Shown here: positions 14,291-26,252 of the stretch, piece by piece
How positions within the stretch are numbered: the first letter of the stretch is position 1
Layout: the number at the start of each line of letters is the position of its first letter
Source: Paraspadella gotoi
Taxonomy: Eukaryota > Animalia > Chaetognatha
Length of the DNA stretch: 64,000 nt
Assembly: GCA_051294375.1 (NCBI GenBank)
Contig: CM119270.1
Location: 2,170,388 to 2,234,387, forward strand
Direction of reading: 5' to 3'
The notes under the pieces: model-generated
Database searches by the model: none
Seen by the model: only the letters and a program-made list of their open reading frames with translations
What the model was told of the DNA's origin: nothing
Translations under genes and position numbers: made by a program

Positions 14291-14579
14291 ATTCATTCGT
14301 TTTTTTCCTTCCCGGTTTTTTTTCATTAATTTTCCTATGATATAGAGAGAGGGGGCTCTGGCTCGATGCTTGAGTCTTTTAAGATTTTTTTTTATTTTTA
14401 ATTGTCCTCCTTACTCCATATCTCTTCTCCCTCTCTCCCGCTCTCCTCCTCACTTCTCGTCTCTCCTCCCACTCTCCCTCTCCTCCTCTTTCTCCCCTCT
14501 CCTTTCTCTCTCTCCTCTCTCTCATTTTATTGCAATAGCGAACGATCCTTATCGCTTTTAAAGTTTTTTACTTGCAATC

Positions 14580-15610
14580 ATTTTTTTTCAAACTTGCCAG
14601 ATAATTTTTTTTCAACTTGCATTCCCCCGTCAAAACTTTATATCTAGCTTCTTCACTCACTTTCCTACCGGCTACAAAATCTTCCAATCTCAATCTATCA
14701 TGGGTTAAAATAATAAAAAAAGATTCAAGTAAAATGTGAAGATCATATTTTTTCATTTAAAAAAACTCATTTCCACTGGTACGTTTCCCACTGAAACTTT
14801 AATATCAAGCTTCGTCTCATACGTTTTTCCCCCTACCCACACAGCAAAATTTTCAACTCAAATTCTACATACCAATTATGGATAACTTGGAGTATTTATT
14901 GGTTAACAAATAAGAAAAAGATTTAGTACCACTTCCGACTATCGTTTTTTTTTTTCCATCTTAATAAAAAAACTAATTTCCACTCACGAGCATCTCCATC
15001 GAAATTTTATATCCAGCTTTATTCACACACTTTCCCCTACCGCACACAAATTAATTCCCCATCCAAACCACCCAATCACGAGTTATTCGGAGTTTTTTTG
15101 CTAAGATGGCGACGCTATGGACGGATTGATTGACTAATTAATTAAAATTATTGATTAATTTATTTACTAATTGGATTCATTAACTCTGATTAATTATTTG
15201 ATTTAATTAATACATCTGCAGATTTACATTAACTATAAAAGGAAAAAGAAAGCATCATCAATTAGTAAACACACAGGTTTTTTTTGGTTTTTTTTCCATT
15301 TAAAAACTCAATTTCCCACTCAACTATTCCATCGAAACTCTGATTTTCCTGTTCAATCAATCACTTCCTACCCACATACAAAATTCCAGCGTCAATCAGC
15401 CCATCCATCATGAGCATTGGTTGCTTTCAAATTACTGAACATATTTTTTATTTTTTTTTGTTTTTTTTCCATTTAAACTCCATTTTCCACTCGGCACGAT
15501 TTCCATCGAAACTTACATATCCAGCTCAATCGAACACTTACCTAGTCCACAACAACAAAATTTCATCATTTAAAATCCCATTCCATCCACATCAACGAGT
15601 AATTGATGTT
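14580..15610. repeat. Old degenerate repeat array, unit about 170-200 bp, 4-5 copies
   Basis: Recurrent TTTTTCCATTTAAA..ACTCA.TTTCCACTC...TTCCATCGAAACTT...CCTACC.CACA.AAAATT at about 14750, 14950, 15290 and 15465, with a weaker copy near 14590. Confidence 0.7.
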
Positions 15611-16466
15611 TTTTGCTAAGGTTTGGGACGGACGGACTGGACCGGACGGACGGACGGACGGACAGACCGTGGACGGAACGGACCTCACCCTTTTTTTTCT
15701 TTGCAATAATTTATCATAATTCGATGTTTGCTGACAATGATATAAAGTGTGTGCCCGACAATCTTGAGGGGGCGGACCGACGGACTCGAAAAAAAGTTGA
15801 GTTATAAAAAAGTGCAGTTTATAGAGTCCGGGATCTGCTGGATAAGCAGATCCGACTAAAAAAAGCTCTCACAAAAAGAAAAAGAAGAACCGAAAAAATA
15901 GAAAAAAAAAAAAAAAAGATATTTCTTAATTTTAAAAAAAAATATTGCGGTAAATTGTTGTTAGAAAAATAGTAATGAAAAGGAAGAGGAAAAAGAGAGA
16001 TAGAGAAGGAACAGAGAGAGAGAGAGAGAGAGAGACGAGAGAGAGCAGAGAGAGAGACGAGAAGAGAGACGAAGAAAGAGAGAGAGTGACGGGCGCGCAC
16101 GAATATCATCAGGGTCTGACGAATTTATTTGATAACTCACACGGACCCGGATACTCCGTGATATATCGGTTAATTCGCTTATGAAAAGTAAAATACTCCC
16201 CCCGCCCCGTGCCTCTCTCTCTCCTCTCTCTCCTCTCTCTCTCACTCTCTCTCTTCGTCTCTCCTCATCTCTCTCTCTCTCTCTTCTCTCTCCTCTCTCC
16301 TCTCTTCTCTCTCAAAAGACGGCACCGCCAAGTTAAGCGCAAGAAAGATAAATCCGTTAAGTTCCCTAAATCGACATCGGATTTTCTTTTAAGATCCTGA
16401 TTATTTATAAAATATAAATTTACAATTTACAATCAATGAACAAAGTTTTCTTTTAATTGAAAAAAC

Positions 16467-16785
16467 GACCATATTTTCTAAAAGCTACCCATTTAAGATT
16501 GAATTTGAAAAAAAAGGTTTTCAAATTAAGTAATAGACGAGGTTAAGCACTGGGGATAGGGCTTAGGTTAGGCATATGGATAGGGTCAGAGTTAAAGTTT
16601 AGAGTTGTGCGTGAGACACTGAAGTTAAATATTTAATTTACTGATCAGGGATAAGTACATATTAAAAATCAAGTTACAGTTAGGTAACAGGGTTAAGGAT
16701 TAAGATTCTATTAAATTTTTGCTAAGAAATTAATATTAATTTCAAGAATTAGAAAGGCTTAGAGGTACCTTTGGAAAATAGTGCC
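16467..16785. mobile_element. Small TIR (MITE-like) element with degenerate TTAGGG-like interior
   Basis: Imperfect inverted ends GACCATATTTTCTAAAAGCTACC / GGTACCTTTGGAAAATAGTGCC; interior has GGTTAA/TTAGG/ATAGGG units. Confidence 0.45.
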
Positions 16786-17424
16786 AAAAAAACCCGAGTT
16801 AAATCGAGTTTAAATCTCTTATTCTTGGGTTTGAGTCTTTGCTTCTTCGTCTCTTTATTTTCTTTTTCTTTTGTATTCAATTTTATTTCTCTTTTTTTTT
16901 TCTCCTTCGACGCGAAATGAATTGAAATCTGAGGAGGAAGAAGAGAAAGAAGGAAATGAGAAAAGATGGGAAACGGAAAGAGGGTGGTAAGAGGAGGGAA
17001 AGAGGGTGTGAAAGAGGGTGAGAAGAGGGAGGGAGAGAGTGGAAAGGAAGCAAAGAGAGCGGAGAGGGAAAGAGAGGGTGAAAAAGGGTTGGAAAAAAAG
17101 GAGGCGGGATAAAAAGATTAAAGATGTTGAAAGAGAATATCAAAAGTTTGAAAAAGAGGTAATGAAATTGATTGGAGAATGAAAAACTTAAGAAAACTAA
17201 TAAAAAGTTTTTAAAAAAAAAATGTAAAAGTGAGAGAAATGAGAAGAAATGTAGTGAAAGAGAAAGAGTGAAAGAGAGTGAAAGTGAAAGAGTGAAAGGA
17301 AGTGAAAAAGAAAGAATGAAAAAGAGGAAAGAAAAAAGGAAAGAATAAAGAACAATTTATGGGAAAAGAAACGAGGGATCACCGCTGGCGCGCAGAGAGA
17401 GGGAGTTGCAGAAAGTAGAAAATA

Positions 17425-17545
<121 letters not shown>

Positions 17546-18339
17546 GTTGCAACAACGATTTTATTTATTATAAAAGACATGTTATAGTACGAGTCTTCAC
17601 TAGCGCTTTTTTGACATTTGTGAAAATGTTTTTTACCGAATCGAATAATGTCGACAATAGTGTTTAAATGTTTTATTTATATATTTATAGATGCCCTGGA
17701 GTTAAATAGCAATGTAAGCATATAACGTTAACGCAGGTAAAAAAAAAAGATTAAAACGAGAATAAAAATTTAAAAAAAATATTCTTCGCTGTCAACAGAG
17801 AACGCCCCAGAATCGGACCCAGGACGAGAACAAACAATGAGCGTTCTTAATTGTCCGTTTATTTTTCCATTGTTCCTATTCCATTCACTCTCTCTCTTCT
17901 CTCTCTGCTCTTCTCTCTCTCTCTCTTTTCTCTCTTCCTTTCTTTCATCTCTTCTCTCTCATCATCTATTCTTCCTCTTTCTCCTCTCATACTCTAGTAC
18001 TCTTTCGTCTTTGTCTCCACTACCCGCCTTAATTGGGTTGTCGCTTAGGATTTTTCTCTCTTTCGACTTTGGACAACAAATATAAAAAGGAATTTGTATG
18101 CAGCAGCAGTTGTTTTTGGTGCATATTCGTGTGCAGCGATAGTTATTAAGTCAGAACCAAGGGCTCTCCTCAGATTGAATGATCACTACCTTGACACCGA
18201 GACAGATTCACGTAACCGCGACCAATCAAGAGACTGAGACCAATCACATGACAGTGACCAGTCATGAAATCCGCATCACGTGATCAATCATTTACGGTAA
18301 GATTCCATCTTCTTCCTATTTTAGCATAATGAAGCCGTC

Positions 18340-18381
<42 letters not shown>

Positions 18382-19755
18382 CCTCATCTCTGTCCCTGTC
18401 ATCTCTGTCTCTGTTCGGTTCTTTTTCACAATAGAAATTCAAATGAGTTAAGCCGCCTTGGTTATATAATTACTCTCTCCTGCCGCAGAATCACGGTTTA
18501 TTTATTAATCATTAATACTTCTCTGATTTTTAGTACTTAGCTTTTTTATAACGCTGATAATATTTGGAATATATTTAGCGTTTGTTGTTTTTTAATAGGT
18601 TGATTTTGATAGCGTCGCTGATATTTTTCATCATTGCATAACTTAAATTTTAATAAGTACTTATAGGTAGTCACTTTTCTATTACATTATACAAAATGTT
18701 GCGAGATGCCGTTGTTCANNNNNNNNNNNNNNNNNNNNNNNNNNNNNNNNNNNNNNNNNNNNNNNNNNNNNNNNNNNNNNNNNNNNNNNNNNNNNNNNNN
18801 NNNNNNNNNNNNNNNNNNNNNNNNNNNNNNNNNNNNNNNNNNNNNNNNNNNNNNNNNNNNNNNNNNNNNNNNNNNNNNNNNNNNNNNNNNNNNNNNNNNN
18901 NNNNNNNNNNNNNNNNNNNNNNNNNNNNNNNNNNNNNNNNNNNNNNNNNNNNNNNNNNNNNNNNNNNNNNNNNNNNNNNNNNNNNNNNNNNNNNNNNNNN
19001 NNNNNNNNNNNNNNNNNNNNNNNNNNNNNNNNNNNNNNNNNNNNNNNNNNNNNNNNNNNNNNNNNNNNNNNNNNNNNNNNNNNNNNNNNNNNNNNNNNNN
19101 NNNNNNNNNNNNNNNNNNNNNNNNNNNNNNNNNNNNNNNNNNNNNNNNNNNNNNNNNNNNNNNNNNNNNNNNNNNNNNNNNNNNNNNNNNNNNNNNNNNN
19201 NNNNNNNNNNNNNNNNNNNNNNNNNNNNNNNNNNNNNNNNNNNNNNNNNNNNNNNNNNNNNNNNNNNNNNNNNNNNNNNNNNNNNNNNNNNNNNNNNNNN
19301 NNNNNNNNNNNNNNNNNNNNNNNNNNNNNNNNNNNNNNNNNNNNNNNNNNNNNNNNNNNNNNNNNNNNNNNNNNNNNNNNNNNNNNNNNNNNNNNNNNNN
19401 NNNNNNNNNNNNNNNNNNNNNNNNNNNNNNNNNNNNNNNNNNNNNNNNNNNNNNNNNNNNNTTTTTACAAAACGTGGTCGTAGAGCAATGGCTTACCAAA
19501 GGTGCAGTAGTCATATTAGTACTCGATATTATGACCAAAACTCCCTTTCAAATTATCATCTCCACTCGAGTTACAGAGCTTGCCGTCGCAGAAATTCTTG
19601 ACCAATGCAACTGTACCTCCGACTTATTAACTCCTCTCAATCAATTCTAGCAAAAGATCCCGAGGTTTCATGTTTATCCTCACTACAGTATCTTTTAATA
19701 TGAGCAAAATTAACTCTAAATTACATATGAACAATCTTCTGAAAATAATGACAAA

Positions 19756-20615
19756 TCAAAAATCGGATGCCACGTACATAACTCGAGTCATTCCAAATCC
19801 GTTGAAATTCGTCGCGATATAGGGTCCGTATGCGCCAACGTCGTCAATCAACACGTAATCCCCAATCTGCAATTCTGGCCACCAAACGTCTTTGGCAAGA
19901 CAATCCCCACTGTCGCAGGTTGGTCCCCAAAGAGTCGAACAAAATCTTTCCCTCGTTTCAATTTTCTTTTTGGTGAAAAAAGAAACGTTGCTCAATGGAT
20001 GGCGGTAAATTTTCACGCAGACCATATTTCCGTAAATTCCATCGTTTAAATAGTAGTAGGAATTTAATTTTCCGCTTCTATTTCCGCTCTTTTCCACGAC
20101 GTCTCTCTTGGAATGAACCCTGAGCAGAATCCCCGTCGTCCTCGCGCATACGTGGCGCCCCGGTTCGGCGAGGACTCGAATCGTCTCGTCGGCGAAGTGC
20201 GTCTTCAAAAGCTTCGTTTGATCCGTCTCCGCGTAGACGCGCATCCCGCGTCCGTCTACGCTCGAAGACACGGAAAACCTCGCGCCAAGTTTACCGTCCG
20301 TCATCTTCGTCCCCAAAACCGGCGCCGATCTTTGCAAGACATTCGGGCGGCGTCTTTTTATCCCGATTGCGAAAGCGGCGACGTTATTGCCGCCGCTGCC
20401 CACGTGGAAACTGACGCCGATGACGTCGACGCCGGCTTCTTTGGCGTCTCGAAGTAGGCGCGGCGCGTCTTCGAGTTCGGCGCCGAATTTCGAGGACAGA
20501 TCGACGAGACAGGAAGGATTGTCGACTCGGATGCGGAGAAGAGCGGAGCAGTTGGGATGGAGGCGGTGGATCTTGGCCAACTCTTCCGTCGAATCGAAAG
20601 AGAGAAGGTTTATTC
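19756..20615 (-). CDS. ODC: Ornithine decarboxylase-family (fold-type III PLP decarboxylase), exon 3 of 3
   Basis: Acceptor TTTTCCACTGCAG|GA. Motifs SFDS.EEL.KI, LLRI, LSSKFGA, GVSFHVGSG, AEPGR, YYLNDGIYG, LWGPTCDSGD, GAY, FNGF, then a stop at 19756-19758. A middle segment (about 20240-20360) reads out of frame. Confidence 0.93.
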
Positions 20616-20914
20616 CTGCAGTGGAAAAGTACGAGCGATTTGTTGGAAAAGAGAAACAAATTTTAAATTTTCCGGAAAGGGACGGATCGAGAGATTTACA
20701 GATTGGAGAGAGACTAAGGATACGAAAAACAAAAGAGTAAGAGAAATTAACAGATATATAAACAGAAAAAATGGATACGGACAGACAGACAATACAACAA
20801 TACAAAACAGCTAATAAAAAGGAAAAGTACATTTCAAATGTACTATCGCTACAAAATGAAGCTAAAATCTTCTGACCAAAACAACTTTTTCGATATCCGT
20901 TAACTATTTTGTAC

Positions 20915-21086
20915 CATTTTTGGCGGCATAGGTGACGTGGCTTTCGAACTTGGCCGGATTAGAAAAGAAGATCTTGTCGGGTGTGCAGCCGTTCTTCAAC
21001 ATCGTACTAATCTCATTGGCGGAGGCGCAGTCGAAGCCGCAGCCGAGCTTGAGCAAGGCAGCAGCAATTCGCTCGTCCGGATTGGC
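20915..21086 (-). CDS. ODC: Ornithine decarboxylase-family, exon 2 of 3
   Basis: ANPDERIAAALLKLGCGFDCASANEI...IFFSNPAKFESHVTYAAKNG. Acceptor TTCCTAAG|GCC and donor G|GTACA; phases match exons 1 and 3. Confidence 0.93.
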
Positions 21087-21188
21087 CTTAGGAATAGAGA
21101 GATGAAAATAAAAAAAAACCTTTTTCTCCCAGAAAATAGTTTTCGTCAAAGCTCGATTAAGATTTCATCTTGAACCGACTTTTGCGAC

Positions 21189-21383
21189 CTTAAAGGCGTA
21201 GTAGAGTTCGACGCGCGGCATGAGGCGGCGCCACTCGTTCACGACTTCGACCGCCACGCCCACATCGATGACGAGGACCGGATTTTCTGGAGATTTGACG
21301 CCGAGCATTTTTTGAACGGCGTCCAGTTTCCGTCCAGTGACTGAGTCGATTTCCGCGAGAGATGAGAGATGAAAGGCTTTCAT
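21189..21383 (-). CDS. ODC: Ornithine decarboxylase-family, exon 1 of 3
   Basis: AAAAAA-ATG start; MKAF...VLVIDVG...EWRRLMPRVELYYAFK, ending at the PLP-binding Lys (YAFK|AN, equivalent to YAVKCN); donor AAG|GTCGC. Spliced CDS 195+172+860 = 1227 nt, 408 aa. Confidence 0.9.
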
Positions 21384-22535
21384 TTTTTTGGTGTCCGAAT
21401 AGTTTTGAATAGGTGAATAGGTGAATAGGTGAATAGTTTATTAGTTTTATAGTTAAATAGTTTTTACATTAATTTTTTTGAAATTATTATCTTTAACAAC
21501 TCCGGAATCGTTCTTCTCGATCAAAGGATTTTAACTTAAAATTTTTAAGTCAACGTACTCTGGCGAAAATTTATTTCACACTATGAAATGGGAAGTTATT
21601 TTTGGACGTACTTAATATGAATACATTATAACATAGAGAAAGAAAATATATTTTAAATCTGCTAGTTCTTGACTTTAATTTAATACCCAGATTGACCCCT
21701 TAATTCATTGTTTAAAGCTGTAATTTGTACGTTTTATTTATAGTATCAGAAAAATTTTAAAAAGAAAAAGTGTAGAAGACGAAAAATGAAAGAAAAAAAA
21801 GTAGTAAAAGGGTGAAGAATTGTGACGATGTAAAAGAAGTAGAAAAGAAGTGAGAGGAACCCAGACCAACTTGACCTTCCAGCTCCTCGGTCCTATTATT
21901 TTGTACGGTCAGTCTAAGGTCATTGCTGACCGTGTGGATTGACCGGCACCAAAAAGAGGAGAGAGGAAGGGTTTAGAGAAAAAGGGACCAGGTGCGTCAG
22001 TCGCCCCTCAAATAAATAATTTATAAATTCTCCAGAGACATAAGATGTGTTAGAGTATTTTGCGCTGGAAATTGTTAAAAGAGATATAACACGTCACTGA
22101 CTTTTTAAACTCAGTCATGTAGCAGCAGTCGGGTCTGTTCAGCTGTACGCAGTTGCGAAAGTCAATGCTTCCTTCGGAAGCCAATGAACGAGATTGATAA
22201 TTGCCAATAAGGATTACTATAATGGAAATGTCTTTTTGATACATTCTTTAAATAACCATGCTAATTTTCCAATGATTATTTTAATTCTTACTGCTTTTTA
22301 TAAATTTTTTAATATGTTCCCTAAAAAAGCTGAAAGACCCGGTAAAATTAAACCTCGTTTAAAATGTAAATATATATTTTTTTTTTAAATTCGTCGTAGC
22401 GTTTCTTGTGACGAGTGACTCAGTTGTTATGAAATTAGTAAAACCAATATAGTTTTATTTTTTATTATTTTATTTTCAAACCTTGGAATTCGCGACATAT
22501 TAAAGAGAAAAAGGAAAAAAAGAGGAGAGAGAAAT

Positions 22536-22598
<63 letters not shown>

Positions 22599-22651
22599 GA
22601 GATTCCGTTGACGTGTTTTACTCCAGTGTTTACGCCTGGATTGAATTCCTT

Positions 22652-22707
<56 letters not shown>

Positions 22708-23518
22708 CTCTCTCTTTTGCTCGCCGAGTCGCCAGTTCCAATTCTTTTTTTCGTTTTGAAGTTTTGAAGATGGAATCTCAAAATCCCAGGAATATTTTTT
22801 CTCTCTCTTTTGTTTTCTGACACTCTCTCTCACTCTTCCCTTCATTTCCTTTCCTCCTTTCAATACTGTAGTCTTTATTCATTCATTCATTCATTCATTC
22901 ATTCATTCATTTATTCACTCATTTAGTTATTTATTTATTAATTCATTCATTTATCTATTCATTCAGTAATTTAAACATTCATTCATTTCTACATTCTTTT
23001 ACTCATTCATTCATTTATTTATTCATTCATTTATTCGTTCATTTCTTGATTCATTAATTCATTGACAAGTTGATTGGTTTCCTAATTCATTTACTTATAT
23101 ATTACATTTAATTATTTTTATTTACTTACTCTTTTTATCATTTTATCGTTTTATATATTTTTTGAATTATATATTGTAGTCATTCATTTATTCATTTAGT
23201 TATTAATCAGGATTTTCTTAGCCACCTTTTATTTATTTTCTCAATTCACTTTTCCATTCTTCATAATTATCTCTTCATCTCATTCTTTTCTCCTCTCCAT
23301 TCTTCACTGCTCTCTCCTGCAGTTAATGTTAACAGATAACCATTCTCCTCGCGGTGTTAAATTCGCAACACAAATTAAAAATCCTTTTGAAAATGTTTAA
23401 AAAAGGCAAAATACATTTTAATAATTTCCATCGCACAACAGAAGTCGCAGCCAATGTTTTTCCTCTTCTTCAATTTATCTTTATTTTTTCCCAAAGAAAA
23501 ATCAAATTTGAAATAATC

Positions 23519-23956
23519 GGCTCTCTTTTTCGAAAACGCCCCATTTCTTAATCCTTAAATTTATTTTAATATTAATATTTGAGATTAAAGACGAAATCTT
23601 TTACATCAACAATTTTTATTTTTAAAGGTGCACCTTTAAAAATAAAAGTCGTTGATGTAAAATATTTCGTCTTTAATCTCAAATAACCCAAACACAACAA
23701 AAGAAAGTTTAATCACAATATTAATATTTAATTTTAAACTATTATAAAGTCTAATATAAAATCTATCACTTAATCCTAGTTTAACCCATAACCTTAACCT
23801 TTAACCACGTCCCTTTAATTTTAAACCAATTCTTAATCCTAAAAATCCTAAAAAACTAAAAATCCCTGACCCTATCCTTTAACTTAATCTTTAAACTTAA
23901 AGAATGAATTAATTCTTAATTTAAAAAGAAATGGGGCGCCTTGGGAAAATTTGGCC
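23519..23956. mobile_element. Small TIR (MITE-like) element with TAACC(C/T)-like interior, containing a palindrome
   Basis: Inverted ends GGCTCTCTTTTTCGAAAACGCCCCATTTCTT / AAGAAATGGGGCGCCTTGGGAAAATTTGGCC; interior TAACCC/TAACCT/TAATCC units. Confidence 0.55.
23576..23685. repeat. 110-bp spacerless palindrome
   Basis: 55-bp arms centred on GTG|CAC (23630/23631) with only 3 mismatched pairs. Confidence 0.95.
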
Positions 23957-24038
23957 AAAAATTTTTCTCTTCAAAACTTCTTCACTTCTCGTTAAATAAA
24001 ATTATCGTTTCTGTTTTAATTTCTTTTTTTCATGAGAA

Positions 24039-24039
<1 letters not shown>

Positions 24040-24072
<33 letters not shown>

Positions 24073-25911
24073 TCTCTCTCTTTCTTTCTCTTTCATTCTC
24101 TCTTCTCTCTCTACTTCTCTCTCTCTCCTCTCTCTCTCTCCTCTCCTCTCTCTCTCTCTCTCTCTCTGCTTCTCTCTTTCTTTTTTATGAGATTCAAATC
24201 GCGGAAAAAACAAATGTTCATTATATTATTCTCCGTGTTTTGCTTTGTAAGATTTTATCTTCTCTCTCTCTCTCTCTCTCTTCTCTCTTCTCTTTCTCTC
24301 TCTCTCTCTTCTCTTCTCTCTCTCTCTCTCTCTCTGTTATCCTTTCTATCGAAAATAAAATCATTGTCAAAAATAATCACCTCCTATCGAGCCAAATTTG
24401 AATCTTGTTTGACATAATTAATGAGATACAGACATAAATGCCGCTTTATAAATGCCGCTCAAATAGATCTTCAGTAAATCTCTACTCCTGGCACAAAACT
24501 CTAAAATTCTACAATGTTTTTTAACGGGACATTTTAGACCCAACGCAGATCGGTTGTTTACACTTCGTTGCCAAGCAAAGCGTTTCAAAGTTTTAAAAAA
24601 ATGAAATTAATTCGTTTTCCGTCACTGGCTTATTTTTTTCTTTTATTTTCTTCTTTTCTTTTTTTTCTTCTTTTTCATTGCAATGCTCAATTGCTCATTG
24701 TTGTTGTCGTTTTTTGTTTTGAATTTAGAATCGCTTGTCTTTATTTACTTCATAGGCCGCCTGGATTTTTTTTAAACTTTTAAACTTTTTTATTGTGTGT
24801 TTACCTCCATTTGTTTATATGAATAGGGTGTGTATTATATATATTTTTAAATCTATTTCTTTCTTTCATTTTAACCTTTTTTTCTACTATTAAGCATCCT
24901 CTGCTTCTCTTTTTTTTATCCTTTGCTTTCTTATTTTTTCTTCTTTTCTTTTCTCCCTTTTATTTCCTATTTTCCTCCCTTTTTTATCTTTTCTTTTCTC
25001 TCTTCTTATCTCTCCTTTTTCTCTCTTTTTTTTATCTTTTCTCTCCTCTTTTCTTTCCTTTTGTCTTTTCCTTCCTCTCTTCATTCCTTTCTTTTCTTTC
25101 CTCCCTTTTCTATAATCTTTTTCTTTTCTTTCTTCTTTTCTTTCCTCCCTTTTCTTTCCTCCATTAATCCGTCTTCCGCTGCGGAGTTGGGGCCTTATCG
25201 TCTATTCAATAATATTGAGGGAAACAAGAGGAAAATCGCACCATAAAAACTGCGACTCATGAATTCATAAAAGAAGAAGAGAAAAATCCGAGAGAAAAAC
25301 CCAACGCGGGCAGATGCGCATGCGCATGAGGGCACGATCGCAAGCGCAAAAGATACTCTAAAAGCTAGTGTTATGCTAACATACGCGCATGTTTGAGTAC
25401 AATCATGATCATTTTGCGGTGATGCGTTTGTCCCTGAAAAGAATTCTCGCAACTTTGCAGAGATTGCGTTCGACTACGTACGTGTCTACAGTATATCATC
25501 GCGAGATAACACGCATGCAGTTATCGCACGTGTGCATTTCATAGACGCAAGCATCACATCATTGCACTTGCATACGTTACACGTGATTGCACGTGGGTAT
25601 GAAACATGTTATCGCACGCAGGCGCGCATTCACTATTTCGAAGCCAAAATAAACAAAATCCATCAAAAAAGACAAGAGAGAAAACGACGATTAAAAGAAA
25701 TTTTCAAAACAACAAAATAAAAACAAAACAAAATATTTAAAGACTAAAATGTCCCGTTTTTTATTTGTATAGTTTTAGACATTTTTAGTCTTTAGTTCAT
25801 GAGGCAGAAATAAAGAGAAAAGCGTCAGAATTTTTGGCAGCTGAGTCCAAAAATAAGGATTAATAATTCCTGCTGGTAAAGCCAAACAAAAAACTATGTG
25901 CTGAATATTGT

Positions 25912-25996
<85 letters not shown>

Positions 25997-26212
25997 TGAG
26001 AGAGAGTAGATGGAGTCGTAGCAACAACGGCGTCTGTTCCCCATCCGTTTGGTTGAAAGCCCGCGGGGCTGAAAGAGTAATGTTTCGCCTATATTTGGAC
26101 GAGAGAGATAGGGAGAAAAGAGAGAGAGAGAGATGAGAGAAGAGAGAGAGAGAGAGCAAGAGATGAGAGAGAAGAGAGAGAGAAAGATAGAGAGAGAGAG
26201 AGAGCAGAGAGA

Positions 26213-26252
<40 letters not shown>

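Noticed and set aside
18687-19650. ORFs spanning the N gap, and a minus-strand CDGKLCN (Ly6-like) motif near 19570-19595
   Set aside because: The ORFs are artefacts of Ns; the motif lacks the other cysteines and any splice context.
21860-21940. TNLTFQL resembling TMTC TVLTFRL
   Set aside because: No SHKSYRP before it, no NY after it, and no acceptor site.
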